Below are positions 54,270-62,764 of a stretch of 64,000 nucleotides of DNA, one piece after another (positions within the stretch are counted from its first letter, which is position 1; every line of letters begins with the position of its first letter). The notes under the pieces were generated by a model, which made no database searches, was not told the origin of the DNA, and saw nothing but the letters and a program-made list of their open reading frames with translations. The stretch comes from a virus. The stretch covers positions 1 to 64,000 of the IMG/VR virus record IMGVR_UViG_3300046458_000091; one strand, 5' to 3'. The translations under genes were made by a program, and so were the position numbers.

Positions 54270-55124
54270 CTAAACAGGCTTCAGAACGGCCCCCAGACGT
54301 GTCAGCGCCGCACTGGTTGTCTCTCCCGGCCTGGCCAACCGGCTCAGTTCGTATGCAGACAGCTGGACAGGCTTCTTGGGCTTCTCAGACCGCTTAGGCT
54401 TGGCGTTAGGCTGTTCAAGCACGAAATCTTTCGGCAGACGCTTGGTGTCAATGCTGAATTTCAGATGCGAGATTTTGCGCCCTGTGCGCATGACTTCGTA
54501 ATCAACCTGCAACGGGCTGTGCTCATTCACCTGATTGATGGCGGGCTCAATGACGTAACGACGCAGGTCAGCCATAAGAGTGTATTTGTCGTGCAGCTGA
54601 AGCCACTTGCGCAGATCCTCCAAGGCAATTTCCCTGGCTCCTACCGACGTGTACTGAATCAGCATTTCAAACAACCGAATGCCGTAGATGCTGGTCATCC
54701 GCGCCACATCTGATAAATGGTATCGCGTGAACTGAGCTTTCAACTCGGTGAGATATGGCAGCATGTCTTTGTTAAAGCGCAGGTTAATCGTGCCTTCCTG
54801 CTCGTTGTACACGATTGTCTGCACCCAACTGGCCTCAAGCGTCTTGGACTTAGGCCCGCCGCCATTGGGCTCTAGGTCTATGCTGACGTCACGTCGGCGC
54901 AGCTTACGGGATGCTTCAAACAGCTCCTTGTACATCGACTTGCTGTCCGAACCGGTCGCCAAGGCAATGTCCGAAACCGGTACGCTGTACATCACTTCGT
55001 CGGTGATCGGCGAACCGCGATCAACCTGCGCAATGCAAGCTAAGATAATGCGCTGCTCTGCTACGGACAGCGTGTATGACGCCTCAATCAGGGCGTTGGA
55101 TTTATAGATATTGTGGTCTGCCAT
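54270..55124 (-). CDS. repA: plasmid replication initiator, Rep_3 (RepA/RepB) family
   Basis: YKSNALIEASY.LS..EQRI...PYL.ELK..FT.Y...S.Y.IRLFE.L.Q; start trimmed to MADHN. Confidence 0.95.
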   Translation of the reverse strand: MADHNIYKSNALIEASYTLSVAEQRIILACIAQVDRGSPITDEVMYSVPVSDIALATGSDSKSMYKELFEASRKLRRRDVSIDLEPNGGGPKSKTLEASWVQTIVYNEQEGTINLRFNKDMLPYLTELKAQFTRYHLSDVARMTSIYGIRLFEMLIQYTSVGAREIALEDLRKWLQLHDKYTLMADLRRYVIEPAINQVNEHSPLQVDYEVMRTGRKISHLKFSIDTKRLPKDFVLEQPNAKPKRSEKPKKPVQLSAYELSRLARPGETTSAALTRLGAVLKPV

Positions 55125-55163
55125 GGTCTTAATGTGGAAATCCTTTAGCGATCTTCCATGCTG

Positions 55164-55270
55164 ACCCTGAATCACTCCACATTGCAACCCTGAATCACTC
55201 CACATCCCACCCTGAATCACTCCACAATTGACCCTGAATCCCTCATAGTTAACCCTGAATAGCACCACAT
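55164..55270. repeat. five origin iterons ACCCTGAATCACTCCACA (21-23 bp period)
   Basis: Copies start at 55164, 55187, 55209, 55231 and 55252; AT-rich tract at about 55313-55366. Confidence 0.92.
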
Positions 55271-55416
55271 TTAAACGCTACAGGCCCCGTAATACGCGGC
55301 CTGTAGCGGTGCGAAAAGAAGAAAAGATTTAAAAGAAAAAGAAATAAAAAGCGAATTTAAGTTTTTGGGGGCGTAGGAGCGAGATTTGTGGCTAACCAGC
55401 AAAACGAGGGCTTTTG

Positions 55417-55633
55417 ACCCTGAATCACTCCACATTTAGAGCGGGGCCTCTCGGCGCAGGCTTATCAGGGCGATAACTAAATGCCTGGAAAGCCTGTAAA
55501 CAAGGCGTCTGCGGGGTTACAGAAGGACGCGAAACAGGGCTGTGAGCCTTTAAGACAGCAGTACAGGGATTAAATCCACGATCAGCGGGTTTATTCCGCC
55601 ACTACACATCAAATGACCCTGAATCCCTCCACA
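55417..55633. repeat. two isolated auxiliary iterons
   Basis: Copies at 55417 and 55616. Confidence 0.85.
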
Positions 55634-55663
55634 TTGAGCTAGTCGCCTGATACCGCCAAACCC

Positions 55664-55927
55664 CTAACCAGCCAGCACATTGGCAGATCCCGACGCAGTG
55701 TCACCGCAGTTCGCCGCATCCCCCGCCCGGCACACGCCAATCCCCTCAGCAAACACCGTCCCGCTGGCCCCGACCATAACCGGCCCGGCATGCAGCCCTG
55801 ACCCGTGTCCGGTGACGTCGGCGCCCTTGACGGCCACAGGGGCGCCGTTGACCAGCACAGAGGGTGCAAGTACTCCCTTGATGATTCCGCCCGCTGCATC
55901 GACTCCCACGCGCGCTACGCCCGGCAT
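55664..55927 (-). CDS. PAAR spike-tip protein
   Basis: VARVGVD...V.VNG.PVA..G..V..H...V.RAGD...CG. Confidence 0.9.
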   Translation of the reverse strand: MPGVARVGVDAAGGIIKGVLAPSVLVNGAPVAVKGADVTGHGSGLHAGPVMVGASGTVFAEGIGVCRAGDAANCGDTASGSANVLAG

Positions 55928-55938
55928 AAAGCCCCCTA

Positions 55939-56382
55939 TCAGTTGAGTTTGATCTTGCTGGCCACCGCAACGATATCGGCGCTGGTCAGCGTGATGCTTG
56001 TGCCCCCCACCACCAGGGTGATTTTCGATCCCGCCTTTAACGTGATGGTCTGGGCGTTCACCGTGTAGTCCACGTCGGCGTTGATTTCGAAATTGTCATG
56101 GTTCCAGCGCCGTGTGCCGACCTCATTGCCGGTGTTCGGGTTGCGAGAGCCGGTGATGATCGGGCGGCGGTGATCACCGGCAATGAACTGCACCCATACC
56201 GGTTTCCCGACCACCATGCGGATTTCGGTATCTGTCGAGTCATCCCCAATTGGGTATTCGATTTCTGCCAGGGGGAATACCCCGGCCCCATCAGTGAATG
56301 GTGGGATAGAGACACGAACCTCACGGGCCTCACGCCCCACCGTCACCTCTTCAATGACTGCGGGCCACTTGTTACCGGGCAT
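55939..56382 (-). CDS. baseplate central spike (gpV / P1 gp5-like)
   Basis: OB fold VWVQF.AGD..RPII.G then beta-helix repeats; start trimmed to MPGNK. Confidence 0.85.
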   Translation of the reverse strand: MPGNKWPAVIEEVTVGREAREVRVSIPPFTDGAGVFPLAEIEYPIGDDSTDTEIRMVVGKPVWVQFIAGDHRRPIITGSRNPNTGNEVGTRRWNHDNFEINADVDYTVNAQTITLKAGSKITLVVGGTSITLTSADIVAVASKIKLN

Positions 56383-57271
56383 TGACCAGACTCCCAAGCC
56401 ATAGGCAGCTGCGGCTCTCTTGAGTGCCTTCCAGCGACTCAAAGGCGTGTGCTGCGGTAATTACTGGATAATTCACCCCGGCGACCCGTAGGACGTCACC
56501 GCCGTTGATCTGCTGGCAGATCGTGCTGTTCACCGTGTGGTTGCGTACCAGCACACAGCTGAGGTTGCGTAGCTGGCGGTCATCTGCAAGCGCGGTGAAG
56601 GAAATGCGCCGGGAGTCGCCCATTTGCCCGGTCACAATCGAAGCGTCTCGGCCCACGGTGTAGTACGACGGCACGTCCATCATCTGGAGGAAGTCGCTGT
56701 CCACCTTGGCGCTGCTGTCGATCTGGCTGATATCGGCGACGGGTGACTGCTTGGCCATGTCTGTGATGCGCATGGCGCTGATCTTGCCATCACGCAGCAC
56801 CAGGACTGCCCCTTCCTCTTGCAGCACCTGGGCGATGGCATAGCTCGGTTCCTTGCCCTTGAAGCAAGTGAACCGGGGGACGGCAAAGTCATTGCCTATC
56901 GATACCTGGGCGCCGCACGCGCGGTAGATGGCGCCCAGGGTCGTGTTCTCCAGGATCACCGCCCCGGGCAGGGGCTCAGCGATAGCGGCGCAGGACTTCA
57001 GCAGCGCGGTAACCTGCATGGCCTGCTGTTGCTCCTTGCCCTGGACCTGGCCAACCGGCTGAGCCTTGTCGGTCTTCACGATCTTGTACGCTAGGTTTTC
57101 CCGGCCCGCCCAGACCGTTACGCCCTTCTTGAGCTTGTCCTGCATGCCGCTGATCAACTTCACGTTGAATTCCAGCGTGCGCGGCACGGGCGCCAGGTCA
57201 GAACGGCCGGTCCACTTAATCAGGACGTCCGTGGGGATCTGGTCGCCCTTCTCGCTCAGGTAGACATTCAC
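56372..57271 (-). CDS. baseplate hub protein (P1 gp6-like)
   Basis: RSDLAPVP.TLEF; lies upstream of the spike as in the P1 5-6-24 block. Confidence 0.7.
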   Translation of the reverse strand: MNVYLSEKGDQIPTDVLIKWTGRSDLAPVPRTLEFNVKLISGMQDKLKKGVTVWAGRENLAYKIVKTDKAQPVGQVQGKEQQQAMQVTALLKSCAAIAEPLPGAVILENTTLGAIYRACGAQVSIGNDFAVPRFTCFKGKEPSYAIAQVLQEEGAVLVLRDGKISAMRITDMAKQSPVADISQIDSSAKVDSDFLQMMDVPSYYTVGRDASIVTGQMGDSRRISFTALADDRQLRNLSCVLVRNHTVNSTICQQINGGDVLRVAGVNYPVITAAHAFESLEGTQESRSCLWLGSLVNAR

Positions 57272-58050
57272 TCAGGCGTACCCCAGGTGATACCGGAATT
57301 TGTAGTCGTTGAACCCGTTCCAGATGAGTTGTCCAGGTGCGACACAGATTGCGTGGCCGGGAAGCCTGGCGGGTTGCGCCCGCTGCCGTCGTTCTCTTCC
57401 CCTGGGCGCGGGGCGTCAAACCACGGGATCGTGCACTTGAGCGTCATATCAGCAAACAGCACCTTGATGTTCTTGCCCTCCACCTTGAACTCCATGAAGT
57501 CCAGGCGGTTGCTCTCCAGCTCGACCGGCGACGGTACGATGTACTCGCCGAACGTGTAATGGGCGTCAAAGCACCGATTCTTGGGCTCAAACACGAATCC
57601 GGCCAGCTGGGCCGCCAGGCTCTGTGCAGAACCGCCCTCGCTGGCCACAATGACCACCTGGGCCCGGCGCTCCACCATGCTGTGCCGGTAGCCGTACCAG
57701 GACCCGCCCTCTTCGATCTGCAACAGCCGCCGCCCGATCTGCTGGCCACCCCAGTCCACGCCCACTTGGGGCAGGTTGTCGTCGATGGCCAGCAGCACCA
57801 CCGGAAACAGCGTCGTGTTGCCCTGGGGGCCGTTCTGGTTCTTCCGGTAGGCGGCGATCATGTCCACCACTTCATCGATCATGCGGCTTGGCACCCACTG
57901 CACAGCCTCAGCGAAGGGCTTGTCCAGGAAGGCCTGCACCGCCTTGGTGTCGATGTAGTCGGCATAGATCCCATCGCGCCAGCGGGCGAGGTACTGCGCA
58001 AGCCCGATCTTGATCTGATCGAAACTGCCATTGAGGGTACGCGGGGGCAT
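57268..58050 (-). CDS. tail completion/terminator protein (P1 gp24-like)
   Basis: Size and position in the 24-6-5 block; start trimmed to MPPRT. Confidence 0.6.
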   Translation of the reverse strand: MPPRTLNGSFDQIKIGLAQYLARWRDGIYADYIDTKAVQAFLDKPFAEAVQWVPSRMIDEVVDMIAAYRKNQNGPQGNTTLFPVVLLAIDDNLPQVGVDWGGQQIGRRLLQIEEGGSWYGYRHSMVERRAQVVIVASEGGSAQSLAAQLAGFVFEPKNRCFDAHYTFGEYIVPSPVELESNRLDFMEFKVEGKNIKVLFADMTLKCTIPWFDAPRPGEENDGSGRNPPGFPATQSVSHLDNSSGTGSTTTNSGITWGTPE

Positions 58051-58080
58051 AGGGCACTCAGCTGCTTGAGGAATCGCAGA

Positions 58081-58121
58081 ATGATGCCCATAAAAAACCG
58101 CCACATTGCGCGGCGGTTTGC
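58081..58121 (-). promoter_or_regulatory. late promoter: GCAAAC-N29-CATCAT; spacer is also a terminator
   Basis: Motif with fixed spacing; ACCGCC..GGCGGT-T5. Confidence 0.75.
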
Positions 58122-58143
58122 AGGGTCTGGCGAGGCGTAGGCG

Positions 58144-58530
58144 TTAGATCGGCTTGCCGGTCAGAATCGCCGCCATGCGGTCCTCTGTCAGCACTTCCAG
58201 CTCCACCAGGTTAGCCAGCGCCCCCTGAACAGACGGCAAGCTCAGGTCAACTGTTCTCAGGCTTGAACTATCGAACAGGCGGGACCACCAGACGGCAAGG
58301 TCAGTATCTGGGTTGTCGGTGGCGAGCTTCTTGGCCGCGCGCTCTTCGGCAGGCGTGAACAGGTTGCGGAACTCATCAGGTGTACGGGTCAGTGGCGAGC
58401 CGTCGTCAACGGTGAAGTCCGCCAGCTTGGCGATAATGAACGTGCTCCCGTCCAGGCAGATGGAGTCATCGTGCGCCACCAGGGTCGTGTATTCAGTGCG
58501 GTTGCCCGCGCTATCAGTGATAGATGGCAT
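58144..58530 (-). CDS. tail-fibre assembly-type protein
   Basis: F..LFT.AE...VDL......L...L...R...IL motif; downstream of the fibre genes. Confidence 0.65.
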   Translation of the reverse strand: MPSITDSAGNRTEYTTLVAHDDSICLDGSTFIIAKLADFTVDDGSPLTRTPDEFRNLFTPAEERAAKKLATDNPDTDLAVWWSRLFDSSSLRTVDLSLPSVQGALANLVELEVLTEDRMAAILTGKPI

Positions 58531-58531
58531 G

Positions 58532-60577
58532 TCAGCTAAACCCCTTCAAGTTGATAAATCCACTGCTCATGAAGCCCGAGTTACCAGCCGGGACGTTGGC
58601 GCTTGCGTCAAATGTCTGGAATACCGCTTTCCAGGGCGAAGAAACAGGGAAAACGCCCTTGGTATTTACGACTAGTGCACCACCCTCAGCCGCCGCATTC
58701 GCTGCGACCCCAAGCAAGATAGTTGTTTTTGGCTTGAGGTATACCGCCAGTGTACCCAGCGATGAGGCATCGTTATAACCACTCGCCCCGCTCAGCAACA
58801 AACCTTGCGCAAATACGCGAATGTTTGACGAGTTGTAAAACGCCTGCGTTACCGTGTTGAAATTCGTATAAGACAGGAAATTAAGATTCAAGTCATAGGT
58901 GATAACAACCAAATATGAGGAACTAACCGTCGTACAAACAAAATACAGGTATTTTCCTGTTTCATCGACAAACGAGCGAATCGGATAGCTTACGTCGATT
59001 GTCCCACGGCCCGTAATAGCGTTCATAGCGTCACCGCTAAGAACTGTCACCCCGGTATTGGAAATAGTGAATGTTAGCAAGTCAACCGGACTCGACGTGA
59101 GCCCAACGCTAGCAGCACCGTACACCATGTCGTTGAAAACGGTAACGCTGAACCCTAGCCCTGTGCCGCCGCCAGAATATCCAAAGTTCAACAGAAGCTC
59201 TAGTTTAACAACCACCCCGGCATTATTTACAAATGCATAGTAAGCCCACGACGTATTGGTCGAGCATGGCAAAAGATAAACCGTACCAGTCGTAAGCTTT
59301 GCCACTACAGGGGCGTTATATGGCCCGACGTTACTGCCAAGACTCACAAGCGGTGATGCTGCGGAAACATCGACACCAGCAGGCGTCATATATCGCAAGT
59401 ACCATTTGTAGTCCGACAGATTGCAGCTAACAATCAGAAAGTTACCGCCAGCATCGGACGATAGGCGAATGCCAATCGTAGTGTTGGCGTTTGTCAGCGC
59501 GCTAGACGCCTTAACCACAACTCCGGCATCACTCACCACACCATAATAACCACTAATGTAGTTTGACCACATGATGTTATTGGTTGTTGGGGAGACGGCA
59601 ATGCACAATTGTTGATAAACAGCTGCAATCAGCGTTACAACAGCGCCGCGCAGGCTTCCATCAGCCTCGATTACTGCATAGTAACAACCGCCACTTCCCG
59701 ACGAGGATGTGAACACATAGCCAAAAGCACCAGCAGTACCGCTTTTAACTGGCACAGGCTTTGCGTAGGTGTCATATGGGGCATTCGCATCTTTAAGATG
59801 GTTATGCCACGCAAGCGCCGAAAGCAGGCTTGTGACGGGCCTGCTCGTAACGCCGGTTGCAGAAACATAGTCAATACCGTTACCGGTAAACAGAATCGCG
59901 CCGCCGTTGCTGGTTGGCTGGATATGAAAAACGCCAATACCTACACCAACGCCAGACGCGCCCGCAATTGTGCCGCTATAGATTGCACGCAAAGACGGAT
60001 TGAGAATGGAAAACGAAATTGTCGATACGTTCTGGCCGGTCAGCCAGGTGACCAGAATATTGCCGTTGCTCAGCAGCGAGAACGAACAGCTGTTGACCAG
60101 AATCGCAACGCTGTTGTCGTTGGAAACGTTAAACACCTGTCCTTTAGCCTGCACCACCCCCCTGGAGTTGTATTTGTACAGGGTGATCGACCGGCGATAT
60201 GGCCCGGAGCCGCTGTAGCCGCTCGCCAGCAGGTACATCGAACCGTCCGGGCCGATTTGTGTAAGCGACCCTACAGAGTTCGCGGTAGCGCCTGGGAAGT
60301 CGTCATAGAAGAATGCCTGCAAGGTTGGTCCGGTAGCCAGCGCTGCCTTGGGCGGCATGTTGGACTGATTAACAATCGCGCCTGTCTTCCAGTCAACGAA
60401 CACCAAGTCGTTGAGTTCGAACGGTGCGTTCGCCGTCACCGCCAGCTGCGTCTGAGCGCCGCCTACGCTGGTAATGCTTACGTTGCTGCTGGAACCCGAC
60501 GTCGTGCCGGTACTGCTGCCTGCTGTGACGCCTAAGGCCGAACGAGACGGAAAGCCTTTGCTTGCGGTGTTGGCCAT
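58532..60577 (-). CDS. receptor-binding / tail fibre protein with low-GC beta-rich core
   Basis: 681 aa, S/T/G/Y/N-rich beta strands, in the fibre operon. Confidence 0.75.
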   Translation of the reverse strand: MANTASKGFPSRSALGVTAGSSTGTTSGSSSNVSITSVGGAQTQLAVTANAPFELNDLVFVDWKTGAIVNQSNMPPKAALATGPTLQAFFYDDFPGATANSVGSLTQIGPDGSMYLLASGYSGSGPYRRSITLYKYNSRGVVQAKGQVFNVSNDNSVAILVNSCSFSLLSNGNILVTWLTGQNVSTISFSILNPSLRAIYSGTIAGASGVGVGIGVFHIQPTSNGGAILFTGNGIDYVSATGVTSRPVTSLLSALAWHNHLKDANAPYDTYAKPVPVKSGTAGAFGYVFTSSSGSGGCYYAVIEADGSLRGAVVTLIAAVYQQLCIAVSPTTNNIMWSNYISGYYGVVSDAGVVVKASSALTNANTTIGIRLSSDAGGNFLIVSCNLSDYKWYLRYMTPAGVDVSAASPLVSLGSNVGPYNAPVVAKLTTGTVYLLPCSTNTSWAYYAFVNNAGVVVKLELLLNFGYSGGGTGLGFSVTVFNDMVYGAASVGLTSSPVDLLTFTISNTGVTVLSGDAMNAITGRGTIDVSYPIRSFVDETGKYLYFVCTTVSSSYLVVITYDLNLNFLSYTNFNTVTQAFYNSSNIRVFAQGLLLSGASGYNDASSLGTLAVYLKPKTTILLGVAANAAAEGGALVVNTKGVFPVSSPWKAVFQTFDASANVPAGNSGFMSSGFINLKGFS

Positions 60578-60963
60578 TAGAAGTCACCCCCGTACAGAGT
60601 CACGTTGATGGCTTCGCCCTTTTCGGTCGAGGCCTTGAACGAAAAGCCTTTTGGCACAATCAGGCCGTCAGGAAACGACACGATGGTCTCAAACGATTTA
60701 TTCGTGGGAGTGGGAGTCACCGCGTCAACGATGATTTCAGTCTGGAGCACGACCTTGGCGCCATTCACCAGGAACAGGCGAACCATGCCCGCCGTCGTAG
60801 CGCCTGCGGCCTTGATGATGGCCTGATCGACTCGCGACCCATTGTCAGCGGCATCAAACGAGACGTCACCGAATACGCCAGTACCGTCCCGGTTTGGGTT
60901 GGCCGTGGTCAGCTTCATGGCCACGACATGCGGCACAGACGTAAATTGTGGAAAGTTGGACAT
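60577..60963 (-). CDS. tail-fibre-associated small beta protein
   Basis: TANPNRDGTG...A.GATTAG.VRLF; start trimmed to MSNFP. Confidence 0.7.
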   Translation of the reverse strand: MSNFPQFTSVPHVVAMKLTTANPNRDGTGVFGDVSFDAADNGSRVDQAIIKAAGATTAGMVRLFLVNGAKVVLQTEIIVDAVTPTPTNKSFETIVSFPDGLIVPKGFSFKASTEKGEAINVTLYGGDF

Positions 60964-60964
60964 C

Positions 60965-61999
60965 TCAGATATACCCCTGATTGAAGAGTGCGAGGGCCAT
61001 ATACCTGGATTGGTCCCCCATGCTGTTCGTGGCCGCCGAAAGGGCCTGTTTGGTTGCGTACTGCGTGTGCGGGTCCGGGTCATCCAGGTGGTCAGCCATA
61101 GCGTCGGAGAGGTCGGTTTTCTTGGCGTAGGTTTCGTCTACGTATTCCTTGTAATCCGTAAGCGCCCCGCTCAGCTCGCTGGTACTCATAGAGCCCATCA
61201 GCTGGAAGCCGTTACCCTGATACACCAGGTCGTACACGCCACCCACGCGGATGTCGCTCGGGTCCAGCGGGTCGCCACCGGTCTTGAAGATAGGGACGGC
61301 TGGCTGGCCGTTGACCGAAACCGTCACGACGCCCGTGTTCGCACTGACGGCCTTGAAACGGACGTTCTGCCAGTTCTGGTAACCATCGGCAAGATCAATG
61401 CCGGTGCCCAGCGTCAGCTGGATGGCGTTGGCGGTGCCCGCGACTGTCTTGGCTGCCAAGTACGACATAGCGTCCGGGAAGCGCGACCACAGCACGTACT
61501 GTGGGTGGGCGTCGGCACTACCTTCGTGCGCGGCCAGGGCGGCCAGCGCTGGCGCTGTGGATGTGTCCACGATGATGTTGACTACGCCGGTCGGCAGACC
61601 AACCAGCGACAGGTCAGAGTGCATCACGAACGGCACGCCATCGGTCTTGTAGACGACTGCCTTACCGTCTGCGGTGGAGTAGACGAACACCAGGACGTCA
61701 CCGGCCCACCAACCAACCTCGGTGACCTTCGTGCCGCCCGTGTCTTCACTCCACACGGAAATCATGCGGATCTGGCCCACCGTGGGCCTGCTGGCGCCCA
61801 CCAGAGGCACATGACCGCTAACCTCGGACGTGAGCGCAACCTCAGCCCCTGTCGGGGCGTAGGTGCCGATACCGTAGGTCATGTGGGTCAGATCAAGGCT
61901 GAGCCCGGTGTTTTTTGCGTTGAATGCCGCGTCCCGACCCGCATTAGTGAGGGTCGGCTGGATTAGCAGCGTGTTGGATGTACTGAGCGAGTCGGCCAT
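60965..61999 (-). CDS. baseplate-proximal tail fibre protein
   Basis: LT.AG..A, DAHPQY and DPHTQY fibre motifs, NTG.VT..VNG. Confidence 0.85.
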   Translation of the reverse strand: MADSLSTSNTLLIQPTLTNAGRDAAFNAKNTGLSLDLTHMTYGIGTYAPTGAEVALTSEVSGHVPLVGASRPTVGQIRMISVWSEDTGGTKVTEVGWWAGDVLVFVYSTADGKAVVYKTDGVPFVMHSDLSLVGLPTGVVNIIVDTSTAPALAALAAHEGSADAHPQYVLWSRFPDAMSYLAAKTVAGTANAIQLTLGTGIDLADGYQNWQNVRFKAVSANTGVVTVSVNGQPAVPIFKTGGDPLDPSDIRVGGVYDLVYQGNGFQLMGSMSTSELSGALTDYKEYVDETYAKKTDLSDAMADHLDDPDPHTQYATKQALSAATNSMGDQSRYMALALFNQGYI

Positions 62000-62047
62000 A
62001 GAGCCCCCTGTGTTCCGATGCCGATAAGCTACAGGGGGAAAAAAGGC

Positions 62048-62764
62048 CTACTGGAGGTGACTTTGCATGTTTCGCCGGGGTGGCTGGCTGTAGAACACGG
62101 TCGCACCACCAGACGCGGCCGGTAGTGCTTGCTCAGTGGAGCTGGCCACCGGCAGGTCAGTTGTGATGATCGTGCCCTTGATGCGCACGACTTGGGCGCC
62201 ACCGGCCACCATGGCCATGCCCATCTGCCAGGTGGTGCGGCGCAATACACGGATCAGCAGCACGAAACGCGCAGCCACGGCGCTACGGGCCGCCGCCAGC
62301 ACCTGCTGAGGGATCAGATCGGTGTCAACGTCCACGCGAAAGCGGCTTGTCAGGAAGTAGTCTTCCAGATCCCCGCCCGCGCGTAGGAGTTCATCCTTGC
62401 TCAGCATGTCGGCCGGGTAGTTGCCGTCTACCGGGCAATACATCTGGTCAATGACGTTGACGCCGCCGAACAGGGACCGCAGGTAGGTATCCAGAAACAT
62501 GGTGCCGCGCTGGGGGTTGTTGTAGCGCCAGGCGTGCAGCAGGTAGCGGATGGATTCATTGGTGCCACCCCGGACCAGGGCCAGGCCGTCGCGCCCCAAC
62601 AGCATGCTGATGAACTCATCAGACGCCAGGTGCGGCGTCGGGTAGAGCGCTATTTCATGCACCTTGTCGGCTAGAAACTTCTTGTACAAGCTCAGGAACA
62701 GAGCCTTGAACTCAGATTCAATGGCGTCGTACTCGGCACTACGCTGGAGCGGGATCAGATCCAT
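62048..62764 (-). CDS. baseplate protein (P1 gp16-like)
   Basis: RGT.FL..YL..LF; YFLTSR.RV; follows bplA. Confidence 0.7.
   Translation of the reverse strand: MDLIPLQRSAEYDAIESEFKALFLSLYKKFLADKVHEIALYPTPHLASDEFISMLLGRDGLALVRGGTNESIRYLLHAWRYNNPQRGTMFLDTYLRSLFGGVNVIDQMYCPVDGNYPADMLSKDELLRAGGDLEDYFLTSRFRVDVDTDLIPQQVLAAARSAVAARFVLLIRVLRRTTWQMGMAMVAGGAQVVRIKGTIITTDLPVASSTEQALPAASGGATVFYSQPPRRNMQSHLQ

Noticed and set aside
55125-55268. N-terminal extension of RepA in the ORF track (332 aa)
   Set aside because: It is the iterons read in frame; Rep_3 homology starts at MADHNIYKSN.
55164-55270. Iteron array as a CRISPR array
   Set aside because: Repeats are nearly contiguous (3-5 nt gaps), sit upstream of a Rep_3 gene, and have no spacers or cas genes.
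58144-61999. Invertible tail-fibre (cin) or DGR diversification system
   Set aside because: No invertase, reverse transcriptase, inverted crossover sites or template repeat seen.
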